A model generated the notes under the pieces. It was not told the origin of the DNA, did no database searches, and saw only the letters and a list, made by a program, of their open reading frames with translations. A stretch of DNA of 61,000 nucleotides, counting the filler, from Sphacelaria rigidula (lineage: Eukaryota), in the NCBI GenBank assembly GCA_964200075.2. It is 9 parts of 9 records of this genome, joined end to end, with 100 filler letters (N's around TTAATTAATTAA, not from the genome) between each part and the next. Parts side by side here need not be neighbours in the genome. Positions count along the whole stretch, not along the records: positions 33,948 to 40,636 come from CAXNAA020018611.1; positions 40,737 to 47,424 come from CAXNAA020018612.1; positions 47,525 to 54,212 come from CAXNAA020018613.1; 6 more parts are not named here. One strand, given 5' to 3'. Both the position numbers and the translations under genes were made by a program. Positions 36,504 through 49,277 of the stretch are shown piece after piece; positions within the stretch are counted from its first letter, which is position 1, and the number at the start of each line of letters is the position of its first letter.

Positions 36504-38477
36504 CAAGTGATTCAGATACCCAGTAATGCTGGATCTACGTAGAACCGGGGGTCGGGGTGACGTACGAGTACCGACAGTCAAGTGTGTGCAAATGTGGTAC
36601 AGTACGGTTGAGAGCAGCGGAGCAGTCCGCCACCCTTGATCATTCTCATCTACTCACCACCTCATCAGCACTCTCCCAAGTTGTAGAAGGACTTGGGTGC
36701 TCTTCAATACAGGATCTGAAACCATTACCCTGCGCCTGAGCCTACGAATAGACAGCCTGGAGCATTTCAGGCGTTCGGTTCATGAGATGTGCCCTTCAGT
36801 TGTTTCTGACGTTGACACCGGTCCCGCCACCAAATGTTTAGGCACACCTTTTGTCCATCCCGCCATGTTCACTCTCGTATTGATCCATTAGGCACCCTGT
36901 GACAAGGTGCTGATGGCTTCAACGCAGTTTACCGCCTTCATTCCTGAATCAGCAAAGCATGGCAAACGGGGTTCGCCTGGTTTGCGATTTTTGTCCCGAT
37001 ACCAAACAAGGTGGACGGGGGTTGTCGCACGCTGTCCCATCTTCCTGCAAGTCATCACCGCCGGAGCTCACGAATCCACTGCATTCTGATGCCCCGTCGA
37101 TGCCAGCGAAGCGTGTCACGAACGACTCATCGTAGTTGCAGGGGGGGGAGAGCGGAGATGGTTTTCAGCCAACCGAATGCGGCTCACAAGCCGGTCCGTA
37201 GTCCTGATGGCACGGCCACGGGTATGCAATCGAAATGATAGGTGTGCGAGGATGAGAACAAGGGTGCGACTAGATTAGGGCATACATGAGGCGTGCAACA
37301 TCTTCGCTATGCTGGGTAAAAAGTATCTGCTCATTGGAGCCGACAGGTGTGGATCCCAGAGCGGGGATTTATTAACACTAGAGCACATCATCACGGCGAG
37401 GAAACGGGGCAACCGTTGTTTAGGGCAAAACGCCGTGATCCCACGCAGGTCTACCGCGGAGGAACACTTTGAATAGCACCAAACGTTGAAGTTTGTACTG
37501 CCGAAACATATGCAGGAATATATACGAACGTTATGGGAATTTTGAGCAGCACTAGGTGCACACCCATGTGCGAATACCGAATTGGGTACGTGAAGTAATA
37601 AAGTTGCGTGAAATGGAGGAGTGTTGGAATTTGATAAATCACAGTTCTGCATATACATACTCGAGCTTGGCGGTAGAACCAGTCACGGTTCATCGCTTGA
37701 ACGAAGACCAGAGTAACAACCGAAGAAGTGGACTATTCATCGTAGAACAATGGATAGCTCATGTACTGTATAGCTCGTATGCAGGACGTCAGCATGTTGT
37801 CGGAATATTCGAAGAGTTGCGTATGAAGAGTCTAAGGTATCAATAGTTTGAATAAACAGTTTCATAGTGCCCAAGAGTTTTGCCGAGAGAGTGACAATCC
37901 TACGCCATTTACTCTGCAAAGCGACCCATCTCAAGTAAGCGTGCCAGCTTGTCATCAGTATTCTATAGGGTAGAGACTGATTGTGTCGGATTTGAGTCAC
38001 GGTCGGATGAGGAGCCAAGTTTAAACAATTTTTATCAACGCACAAGCAGGTGTTTACCCAACACTGTCGTAGCCTCTGCGAGCTCTTTCGTCGGAGCTGG
38101 GTTCACCAGTAGAACCAACTGTTCCTGTCACTTTGACAGTTCAACGTTGTCTATTTTGAACACAGGCCACGATAGCCATATATATTCCGACAAGTCAGAG
38201 CCTTGTCACGTCAACAGGTGATAAGCCACGTTTACAGGTGTGAACCCCAAGATGTGACTGCAGCAATAGTTGTTTTACTTCTATTGTGTGACCAGCAGCC
38301 AGGACGCCCCATCGAGGACGTCAAACTGCAGAAAGGGAAGAGCGTGGTCGTCCCGCCTATCAGCGAGGACATCAAGAGAAAATTATGGTGTGTATAGTAT
38401 AGTTCCGTCGCGAAGACGAAGAAATCTGAGGTAAAGAAACATTGAGGTGTGATTAGAAGGAACACAGATTGTAACGG

Positions 38478-39545
38478 ATGAATGTACCTGGACCGCCATC
38501 CGTTACTGAAGTCATAGAGAGTATAAGTAAGTTTAACGGGACAAATTTCCATGAGTGGAAACGGTCCGTTCGGGCAGTGGTTTCACTAATAAATCCTGGC
38601 AATTCGGAAATTATTGACGGCAAAAATCGTCCCGAAGACATTTGTGAGCTTAGGCAGCGGCAGGATGTAGGATTCCGCAGCTCAGTGCTTGAGGTACATC
38701 GAGGGTAAGCCCTATAGCAACACGTTCTAGAAGCCTTCCAACGGGAGCAGGAACAGAAACGTCTCCAGAGGAGACATCGACAGTAAGGGTAGCTGTCTCA
38801 TTAAGTCAGGACTCCACAGCTGGAGTAGACTATACTGAGACCCATGTAAAAGTAGTCAGCAACACGCAGGAAGTGGCTACTTGCGATCGCAATAATTAAA
38901 TGCTGTTTCATACAGTGTACTACAAGCGGACCTGCGAACAGTTGTTTGCTGAGGTTCGGACCACAGGGCGCTGATACACTTGGTGAAAGAGCCTGATTGA
39001 TCGGTTGATTGTCGAACTTTAACTGGGAAGGATTGATTGCGAAGCATCACGACTCGTCTAAGCAAGACGTCATATCCTCATGAGACAGTTGGATAATTTA
39101 ACCATGTCACAGGGTGCGGATCCAGACATGTTCTTCACACAAATACATCAACTCGAGGACCAGCTCAATTATATGGGAGAGAGCGTCACCGATGAACGAC
39201 TAACATATGTAATAATACAAGGGCTAACCGACGATCATGTACAAATCGAGCATAACGCTGACCGCGATCTTGACTTTAGCTTGAGGACATTGAGTGAACC
39301 ATACGTAATTTGGACATGAACAGAATATCGCGTGGTATCTCGAATGACGAGTCACATGATGGAGATGATGCTATGATTGCGGCATCACCTGTTGAATATT
39401 ATAGGAAGAAAACACGACGCCAAGTGAAGTAGTCCGCGTGTAGTAAGATAGGCCATTATATTCGTGAATGCAGATATTGCTAGACGAAATGGTGTACGTC
39501 ACACAAGACAACCAACCATGATTACACGGAGTGTAGAAGTCAAAA
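38478..39545 (+). mobile_element. Decayed Ty1/Copia gag fragment
   Basis: SKFNGTNFHEWKRSVRAV; LMRQLDNLTMSQGADPDMFFTQIHQLEDQLNYMGESVTDERLTYVIIQGL (gag UBN2-like); degenerate zinc knuckle ACSKIGHYIREC (~39435) and WCTSHKTTNHDYTEC. Confidence 0.8.
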
Positions 39546-40636
39546 TAGGAAGAAAGGCACAGGGAGTGATGATTAGAATGTCGAGCATATTAGTGGAAAT
39601 CTGGAACATGCATATCGGCAAGTAAAAACAGTTACCCTGGACACAAGTACATATTTAGAGCCTACAAATGCACAAGTTATACATGCAAGTGTATCGTCCG
39701 AACCTGTAGGAGATAATCCAACCACAAGCAGAACGGAATTCATCTTTCTCACGGAGCCTGTAGGTGATTGCAGTGGAAAAGTAGCCATGTCAACCTCGTT
39801 TTTCAGTAAAAATCGACTCACGAGCAGACACGCATTGCGTAGACGGTAATTTACTAACTGTTATTGAGCGGGAATTGCCAGATTATGTTCAGTCCAGTCC
39901 CTCAGAAGGTACACGAACAGTGGAGGGAAACCTGCTAGGAGGGGAAGGTGAAGGAGTTGTACACACGATGGGGACAGATACTCATGGCTAAGAGAGGTCT
40001 GTGTGTTCACCAGCGATCGTAGTACCCAAATCAGGGAAACATTGTTTTCGCCTCGCAAAGCACTCAAGAAGTGCGTGAGCACTAATTTTTCAGCGGATCC
40101 ACATCTAGATTTGGGAGATTTTCAAGTTTCAATGAACGTTAATAACAGCGGGAGATCAAGGAGTACACGCACGAAAATCATATGTGAGGGTAATTTTCAA
40201 GTAGCTCAGCGCTGACGACTACAGTGGTATAGGCAAAATCAATGGGCGTAGGCAAAACTCTGTTAGTCGGTGAGAGCAAAAGTATAAAGCGGAAGAAGAG
40301 CAGTGAAAGTAAGACATCATCGATCAAGTCTGAGACAGTACATCAAAATAAGAGTAGATACGACTCGACAGCAAAGAAAACACGACTTTCACGAGCAAAG
40401 TAAATAGCGGCAACAAGAGCAGTCATATTTACGACATAAAGCAGCGTATATCAAAGAGATACTAAGGATCAAGAGCATAGTAGATTCATCATTAGGCGAG
40501 CAGGTTTAATTTAAGCAGAACAAGGCATGCCTAGCGAGTAAAAACATGAGATCAGTTCGATCACCTGTCTACCTAAACAGTAAACAGGGTTGCCAGAAAA
40601 ATGAGAACGTATTTTGAAATGAGAACCAACCGCTCC

Positions 40637-40736
40637 NNNNNNNNNNNNNNNNNNNNNNNNNNNNNNNNNNNNNNNNNNNNTTAATTAATTAANNNNNNNN
40701 NNNNNNNNNNNNNNNNNNNNNNNNNNNNNNNNNNNN
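40637..40736. other. Artificial contig spacer
   Basis: N44-TTAATTAATTAA-N44. Confidence 0.98.
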
Positions 40737-40789
40737 GGAAGCAAACAAAGACGCCCCCCCCCCCCCCCCCCCGGTCAAGTACTCCAGCC

Positions 40790-41685
40790 GGGATCCCGAA
40801 TAACCGGCCAAGACAAAAAAAATTAAAAAGCCTCTTCGACTTTCGGATTGTGACGTCAAGAACATGTGTGCAAGCTTTCCTGGTTAAACTCGAAAAAACG
40901 GCGTGAGAAAATGCCTAAACGTGCGCTGAAGTATAAAAAAGTCTGTTATCACTTGATTGAAGTACAGAATCGCCCTTTTTGGGGGTTGTTTCTACGGTAA
41001 AAGACCCAGCCGATTCAGTTTTTCGACTTGAGCAACGAAAATTTGTACACATGTTCCTTGGTATACCACCTGACCCAAGATGTCAAAGGTTTGGTGTTGG
41101 GGCATTCTGTACTGGTTTGCTGGGGTCTTTATGCTGGGACCCCCGGAAGCCGGTAGAGAACGGAGAAACTCTGTAATCTTGCCGAGAATACAATTTTTCC
41201 ATTTGGAGCATCAATACCTACGGAACTGCCAAGTTTGAGGATGATCTGAGCTTGTCTCCAACAGATGAAAGGGAAATCGTCTCGAGGCTCCGTGGGTCTT
41301 TCATTACGGTTTTGGGCAAAATTCGACCCCGTTGGAACCGTTTTCAACTCTGTTTCTCCCGTTAGATTTCCAAGCTGATGACGGTTACTACGATCTGAAC
41401 CATGTGGAGATGGTTACTACGATCTGAACCATGTGGAGATTCGGTGAAAATTGGGCTTGGAATTCGTGTTTTCAATTTCAGACAATTTGAAAGGCGATGA
41501 TTGGTCGAGACATATTTTTATCCATAGCACCACCGCTATAGCCTTGAATTAAAATCCGGCTATGTCACCCTTTTCGTCTGTTCATTGCGGTCAGGATGAT
41601 ACCACATTTGTGCATATTGGCTGGGTATTGCGTTCGTCATTAGCATGAGTCAAAATTTTGTACGTTCAATCTGAACCAGCTTGTA
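40790..41685 (-). mobile_element. Second copy of the TA|CAGGCTG element family
   Basis: Diverged reverse-complement homology to 31979-32960; contains a 29-bp tandem duplication at ~41380-41440. Confidence 0.65.
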
Positions 41686-41789
41686 AGGCTGACCTTGCAC
41701 CCATGGCTGACAACTTTACACGAACAGGTTTGTGTAACTGCTGCGGCGATCAGCTTCACGTGGTGGTGAAAGTCGATTTCAATTTCATT

Positions 41790-41920
41790 CTTTGCCCCGC
41801 CCCGCCCCACCCCGCCCCCTACTCCCTGGTCCGGCGAAAACCCGCGGTGCTCCATCCCGACCTTGTTGGGATGCGAAGTCAGGGGTCTCATGACTACAGC
41901 ATGCAAGATCATGAGTGCCC
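41790..41920 (+). repeat. Dispersed repeat (CCTGGTCCGGCGAAAACCCG family)
   Basis: Homologous segments at ~57915-58012 and 60920-61000. Confidence 0.65.
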
Positions 41921-42956
41921 CTCTCCCCCCTCATCCTTGTTCTCCAATACTTGATTTTATTCATCTTTGGATCTCTGGTGTGAAGTGGGGCGAGGTGATC
42001 GGACCTCATGTTTTAATTCGACCCACCCCACATAACATACACACCGCCTGCCCACCCCTCCCCTGTTTACTTTCCTAGTCCTCATGTGAAGATATTATCT
42101 AGCCGTTCGTTGCCGATGATCGCTGTACTGGCACTGGCGAGCGCATCACCCTATCGAGGATGTATGTGATGAACGCGGTATGGACAGCAGGTGCAAGACA
42201 AGCCATATGAAGGGCATATGAGCACTGTACGCCACCCCTCACGCCACTTACCTCCCTCGAAGTGCGTTGTGTGAACAATGTTTTATGTCATTGTCCGGAG
42301 GTCGACTTCTTCGAACTAAGCATTCATGAACCGCATTGTTTTGTGTTGAATGTTTGCTCTGTCGGTATTACGCTTGGCTTGTGCATCAATATCACGTAGT
42401 CCATCAAATACTATAGATACATCGATTGAATGACTGATCGGTTGATGTAGTGTCGCACATCATCCTTAACGGATTCGCTGCGAATCCAACCATTGCTCTC
42501 ACAAGACGAGACTCACCTTCCCAAAGTAAGTCATGGCAAACACTCGCTGAACGCTAACCTAAAAGGGGGGAAATATGAAGGAGCGGGGCAAATAGAAAAT
42601 CTGCAAACGGAAAAGGAGGAACGAAAGGACAGCAGAGAAAAGGAAAGGGAAGGAAATCATGTAGTCCATCGATCATGTAGGGCTTTTCATGGGACGACGG
42701 GACCGGGACTTTTCCTGTGGCATGAAGAAAGAAGTCGGGACGGAACGGGTGATCCTGTCCCGACGAATATCCCGTGAAATTTCCGTCCCGGAAAAAGCCC
42801 TATAATCAAGAGCAACAGAGTATCCCCCCCCCCCGCCGCCGTTCTCTACATATATTTTCCCCTTCCCATGATATATGTGGAAGGTTTTGTGTAACGAGTG
42901 GAAGAACCGTAATGAGCGCCCAAATGTTGGAGGTGTCTCTATTAGGAGTAGGAACG

Positions 42957-43023
42957 GTGCTACGTCTCGAAAGGGATGCGCGGTCAATGGTCAAACGCCT
43001 AAGGCAAGCAACAAATGAGTACG
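42957..43023 (+). mobile_element. 68-nt structured repeat copy
   Basis: Near-identical to 12413-12480; no clear TSD. Confidence 0.8.
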
Positions 43024-43726
43024 CGCGCGCGCCCTGCTTGAAGAGCGTAGTTGTGATTGAAGGCAAGAGTTCAGAGCCAAGTTTGCAAAGGGTTCAACGC
43101 CTCCCAGGCGCGGGTTGTTAGTGAATTCACATGATCGTATTTCTATAAGCACGATCAACCCGGTCTCACACATCCTGTATCCCCACGCCTCATGCCTTCC
43201 TTCAGAGCTCTTTTTCGATCATCGAAGATAGAACTCACCTGTGAGAATATTGTGACGGTGTCATTACTACAATTGCTCAGTATACAACATATAAGTACAA
43301 ACATGCGCTCCATCCCCCATCATTTTCCAGGATGAATTTAACATTGTAGAAGAAATTCGAGCTCCAAGTTTATGAAAAGTGGCGGTTCGGGTGCCCCGGC
43401 GCAGGTTGCTGTTGGAATTCACGTCATCATACTGGAGTTTTCCAAGATATCTTGCGAAACAATGTATTTTAGCATACTCTTGTACTGTACTGCGCTGTTG
43501 TTCTAGGCGCAACTGCGCTGCACAACAAGGTGACTTGATTGCTGTGTCATACTATACTACGTCTGGTTAGCTTGCACAAAAAGCTTGAAGACATCTGTCC
43601 GCGTGCTATCGTGAAAGTGAAAGTCACACCCACCATCCTAGCTTGCACTCCATTTCATTAATTTGTTCTTGATGTTTCTGTGTTGTCGCCCCTCTCGCCC
43701 GCCCCTGCCCTTTCATTCTGCCCTAG

Positions 43727-43897
43727 ATGTTGTCTTACTTTTGCGGGCTAGAGCAAATGTCCCAGCTTAAGTGCGTGGGAGTGTTGGTAGCTGTTGCAGG
43801 TGCTGTGTGGGTGGAGCTGTTCGGTAGAACTGTGCCAGGAGTTAGGAACGCAGACGCGGGACCAGCGTGGTTGGGAAGCCTACTCTTGTTTTGGCAG
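43727..43897 (+). CDS. Internal exon of an EamA/DMT (WAT1-like) membrane transporter
   Basis: Pyrimidine tract-TAG acceptor and GTATGT donor; 57 codons MLSYFCGLEQMSQLKCVGVLVAVAGAVWVELFG..WLGSLLLFWQ resemble the 'GLE..K..G..L...GA' end of the first EamA repeat. Confidence 0.72.
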
Positions 43898-45588
43898 GTA
43901 TGTGTGCGTTGTGTCGGTGTTGCGAGGAATGTGTGACTGTGCATGTGTGTGTTTCTTGTGTGTTTGGGCTGGTAAAGGTATAGACCCGGAATCTTGAACC
44001 CTTTAGCAACCACAGCGCAAACAACAGTGTGTGGATATGCAGGGAGTATATCATGATCATTATAGTATATCATTTGCTTGAGAGTGGAGCAATCACACCG
44101 GCACATTGCCCGTCCACCCGCGTAGAACGACCACAGAGCAGCTTCAATGGATGAACTCTCGAGAATGGAAAAAGCGTTCGCCCCCTGTAGATCGTGTGCA
44201 TACATACGGTTGAGAGCACGTCGGTGGCTAGGCAAGTAGACTTTGGGGGGTGAAAAAGAGCACGTCGGTAGCTAGGCAGGTAGGTTTTGCGGGTGAAAAG
44301 TTTGATTTTAGTACACAAGAAGTAGTGCTCGCCACCGGCCTCTGATAGGGTCTGACGGCCGGTGAGCCTGCACAGAGTGGCAGTCGAGCCCCACATAGAT
44401 TTCGCGTATTAATCGCACAAGGGAAGTAACAGGTACACCGGAGAGAGAGGGGCCTGGTGAGCTCGCGAAGATGAGTTGACACAGCAATGGCTTGACGTAG
44501 TGCCTACGCCGATTGATGGGTGATGGCGGGTATGCCCGTCCGATCAGCGCAGTGTACTACACTGTGCTGTACTCCTGTACTGCGCTGTTTGCCTTCACGC
44601 CAATCAAAAATATGCCCATCGACGAGAAGCGTGCTGTAGCTGCCCGCCCACCGGACCATCCTGGCCCGTGTGACCAGCATGTGGCAGTAGCGATAGGCAG
44701 CGTGGGCGCGAACAAGGTACTTGCTGTGGATAAAGTATTCCCAACAGGCATCGCCATTGCACTCGAATCATGCCGGGCGAAACCTCTCACCGTGATGATC
44801 GTCGTGGTGCTTATGATATTTATGGGGTTCATGGCGCCTGCACTGCTCTGTACTGCACTGGCTCTGTACTAAAAATAAATGCTGTGCCCGGGACTATGGA
44901 AGTGAAAGTACACGGCTGCACGACTGTACTGCCTTTTACTTCAAATAGAGCTTGACATCTCGGGCGCCTTATGAATCTTCAGACGGATTTTGCCTTGATT
45001 TTGAGTCGAACCTATTTCTCAGGTATGGTTGCGGTATGACGCGGTGTGCGGCGTGCCGCAACATGGGTTTGTTTCACACCCTGCTGGTAATGACAATATA
45101 TGGTCAAGAGATGCAATGGACAAAAATAATGTACTATGTAAAGTATAGGCCTATTGTAATTATTGTCGGTCAACAATAATCACTATAGGCCTATACTTTA
45201 CCCAGTGAGTTTCTTGTCTATAAAATTGCATCTGCTGACCATGTTATGTTCAGGGTGTTTTCTTGTTTCAAATCTGGACCTGGGTGCCGATTTAACCCTT
45301 CTGGAACCAATGATGGAAAAATGACGATTCATGATTGACGGTTTCTTGTGCAAGATATGGTTGTTTTTCTACCACTTCGGTTGATGCAGCCCACCAAAAT
45401 GGTGCACCACCCTTATTTCGAGTATAGTAATGTGACGGATTCGTGCACCGAACTCGAAGTGACGTTTTCCCGATGACGAAAGCTCGCACATTGGAGTTTG
45501 TTCTGTTTTTCGCGAGTTTCAAAGGGGTTGAACGAAAACGACGCACTCTTTGCCCGGCTGTTCATTTCTACGCTCCCTTTCCTTGAGG

Positions 45589-45712
45589 GTTCATGGCCTG
45601 CCTTCGTTGGGGTTACGGTAAGGGTTAGCGTTAGGGTGTAGTTGGGTTATGTTCATGGCCTGCCTTCGTTGGGGTTACGGTTAGGGTTTGCGTTAGGGTG
45701 TAGTTGGGTTAT
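45589..45712 (+). repeat. 62-bp tandem duplication containing degenerate telomere-like GGGTTA units
   Basis: GTTCATGGCCTGCCTTCGTTGGGGTTACGGT.AGGGTT.GCGTTAGGGTGTAGTTGGGTTAT occurs twice. Confidence 0.8.
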
Positions 45713-46233
45713 ATAGCCCGTGTGAACATCCAAAATGCGCCTGAAATGGTACGCGACCCTCTGTTCATTGTGAACCAGCACATATATGTCGTATGTGTCC
45801 ATCCTGAGTGTGACGCCGGTCACAGTGATGTTGCCAGAGTCCGCCAAAGACCATCTCCAGCAGATCAGATCTACTGGTGGTTAGTAAGCCACGGTTGCTG
45901 GAGGGTCAACACGGGAGCGTGGTGCACTTTTGGCATTTGTGTGCAGAAACAAGTTGGTTACCCTCACGTAAATTTGCGAATTCTCTTTTTTTTGGCAAGT
46001 ACGAGTTGTGGTATAGATGCTCAGGGATCACCGAAATTTCGGTTTTTGGATGACTTGAGAGAGTTGAAATAGTACTTATTATTATTTTTTTGTTGGTGAA
46101 GGAGGGGGCGGGGAGTTATGTCCATCATCAGTGGAGTCCACCGCAGCCCATTGCGAAAGTCACATGGTTGAAACGTACTTGAACATGATCTTGTCCCTGA
46201 CATTCTTTGCAGAATGCGTCTACTACGTTCCTA

Positions 46234-47202
46234 GGGTGTAGTGAATGCCACCATAGATTGACCGGTAGGGTGACATCAGATGGCAGTCCAGAACCGTTTT
46301 CCTGGCCGGGGTTACACAGATAGAGTCAGAACCGTTCCTGGAATTCCTCATAGGAATACCTCGGAGGGAACAACATTCCTCGGATGAACGCGGGGCATCT
46401 TTGCTATGCAAATTCAGACCAGCTGGCTCGCCCACACGACACAACACGGTGTATACTCCGCGCCAAACAGCTGGAGAAGAGACCAACGCCTTGTAGAACC
46501 TATGAGGGGCTTATCCCTTCCATAGTGGCGTCGACGGATCAACAAACGACTACGGGGTCGTTTAACGCCCTTCCTACCAAGCGACACGGTACTAGTAGGT
46601 TTTATCCCAAGTGCTACGGGCACAGCACCTGGGCATCCCTACTCGGAGTCGGAGTCCTCCAGCCGGGTGCGCCGACTCCGAGTAGGGATGCCCAGGTGCT
46701 GTGCCCGTAGCACTTGAGATAACCTACCAGTACCGTGTCGCTTGGTAGGAAGGGCGTTAAACGACCCCGTAGTCGTTTTGCGTCACTTGCAAATTCGTTG
46801 CCTGCGAGTCGTAAGTCGCATAGAATTCCATGCTCAAGTGCTTTTTGGTGCACAGCAGCAACGGTGAACGTGGATGGGGGCGTGCTGCTGGCGCGACGTA
46901 CTTTACGACTATGGAAGGGATAAGCCCCTTATAGGTTCTACAAGGCGTTGGTCTCTTCTCCAGCTGTTTGGTGCGGAGTATACACCGTGTTGTGTCTTGT
47001 GGGCGAGCCAGCTGGTCTGAATTTGCATAACAAAGATGCCCCGCGTTTATCCAAGGAATGTTGTTCCCTCCGAGGTATTCCTACGAGGAATTCCAGGAAC
47101 GGTTCTGACTCTATCTGTGTAACCCCGGCCAGGAAAACGGTTCTGGACTGCCATCTGATGTCACTCTACCGGTCAATCTATGGGGGCATTTACATCACCC
47201 CC
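46234..47202. mobile_element. Foldback / long-inverted-repeat element
   Basis: Outer arms ~46234-46526 and 46908-47202 and inner arms 46544-46652 and 46672-46778 are near-perfect reverse complements; 19-nt loop; ends TA|GGG..CCC|TA. Confidence 0.9.
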
Positions 47203-47223
47203 TATCTTCAGCTATCTTCAGCT

Positions 47224-47290
47224 GTGCTCCGTCTCGAAAGGGATGCGTGGTCAATGGTCAAACGACTAAGGCAAGCAACAGATGAGTACG
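47224..47290 (+). mobile_element. 68-nt structured repeat copy
   Basis: Near-identical to 12413-12480; followed by C7. Confidence 0.8.
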
Positions 47291-47424
47291 CCCCCCCTTC
47301 CCCAATGGTCTGATGACTATGGCAGGCATGATCATGAATACACCCCCCCCCTTCCCCGATGAAAGCATATTTGCATGGCCCCATGGACGCTGCGAAAAAT
47401 ATGAAATTGCGATTTCGGGTGGGG

Positions 47425-47524
47425 NNNNNNNNNNNNNNNNNNNNNNNNNNNNNNNNNNNNNNNNNNNNTTAATTAATTAANNNNNNNNNNNNNNNNNNNN
47501 NNNNNNNNNNNNNNNNNNNNNNNN
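47425..47524. other. Artificial contig spacer
   Basis: N44-TTAATTAATTAA-N44. Confidence 0.98.
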
Positions 47525-48285
47525 AGCCACAGACGGCTCTACGGACGACAATCGCCAGACATTCGGAATTGACCGCGTCCTATGGCTCTCAGCAGCGAAT
47601 AAGGAGGGGGGGTTGTCGTGGCACGCGGAAGTGCTTCACGGAGCAGAGAGGTTCATGACCTAATGGCACAGAAATGGAGAGGAGGCCAGCCGAATGCGTG
47701 CGATCGGATGGGAGACCAACGAAGCCCACATAACACAGCAATAACGACGGTCCAGAGAAGGGGGGGGCTGGGGGGTGAACCCCCCCGATGAGGGGTGTCG
47801 TTATGTCATGCAGTGCTTGTCTTGATACACCTGGTATGCTTGTACGTATGTCTGTCCCTCGAGAGGTCGGACAGAACCTTGCGATTCTTAGTTCTTTGGT
47901 TGGTGGCATTTGGGGCCTTGAGTCTCGCTCGTAGTCGGATCCTATGTTAATTTTTATTTAGCCTCGCGCGTCGAGTTGGAAAGCCGGGTGCCACCCCCCG
48001 AAGTCCGAGTGGCCACCTGCGGCACCTGATCTTCTGAGGTTAGCCATATGCATTTTCTTTCTTCTCTTTTGTTTATCCCTGCTTTGCTTGTATCGCGTTT
48101 TGTGAGTTTTAATTTAGGTATATATATATATTTCTGTTTTTGTTTGATTTCCTCATACCTCATTATAGGTAGCTAGCCTGTGGCCATGGAAGGCGTCCGC
48201 ATTAGATGCCCAGAACGGATGTACCGCGCAGATATCGGAACGGTTTTTAATATGAAGACGACGACAACAACAACAACAACAACAA
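47525..48285 (+). mobile_element. 3' end of an RTE-like LINE (ORF C-terminus, 3' UTR, (CAA)n tail)
   Basis: FGIDRVLWLSAANKEGGLSWHAEVLHGAERFMT*WHRNGEEASRMRA remnant. The terminal segment 48168-48285 ending in (CAA)n also occurs alone at ~15710-15810. Confidence 0.6.
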
Positions 48286-49277
48286 TATATATATATATTG
48301 TACTCTAGAGTGTATTCTAGGGTATGTATGTATATTGTTTTGAGGCGGAGCTGATGGTCCACGTGTGGGTGAGCAACAAGACGAACTGCAGCAGCAGCAA
48401 CAACAACTCGCATGCATGCTGTTGCTTGTGTTTCCCCAATTCGAGTTCTATTTTTATAATTCTCTCAGCGTGAGAGCGTGCCATCTGCAGCTTACCACTG
48501 CAGTGACGTACCCCCGATCAGAGGAGTGATCTTCGTATTTTGTACCCGTGGTTGCCCGGGAATCCTCATCTTCCGATTCGACCGCAGGTCTGAACAAAAG
48601 TTTAGTGCATTGAACATAAAGCAAGTGACAACCTTTCCCTCTGTCATCTCTCGCAGCCGAAGCCGAGAACTTTGCCATTTATGGAGTAAATGCCTCCACA
48701 AAAGTCCCACAGTATTGCGGTGTAGGCCAACAGCAGCCCCGCACATGAAAATAAGCGGTGCTAAGTTCAAAACCACGCGGTATACAGCGTGTCGATAGCA
48801 CATCGTACTGTGTCCTGTGGTGGTACCTCACGTGTACTTCCACTGGACAGGTCGAAGAAGTGGCTTATCCCCATACAACCTTGAGATGACATGATTTTAC
48901 GGGAAGCTTTTTCAAGCCTATGCTCTGATACCAGCTCTCACCATCTGGGTTGTTGCCTGCCGTGCCTTCAAACTCAAACTGAGCGGTACGAGTACCGCGT
49001 ACCGCTATTGTCATTATCGTTTCTTATTTCTGTGTTTGTCATTAGACAAATACCGGGTGTGAACGTGTGCAACAGTACTCGAGCAGTACTCAGGATCAAA
49101 GCCAGCTTGGTGGGAACGAGGCTCAAGAGAACACCTGTTACAGCTGCCTGGACGAAATTCCAGCTTCGTGTTCTGTTGCGAGTTCGGACTGGTGGGGGGG
49201 GTGGAGGCTACGTTAGTCATAAGGTGAAGGGAAGTGAATATCAGCGCGCACACCCCTGTGACGGGTACAGCGTAGCT

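Noticed and set aside
46223..47313. Duplicated ORFs MVSSPAVW.. on opposite strands
   Set aside because: A by-product of the inverted repeat, with no coding features.
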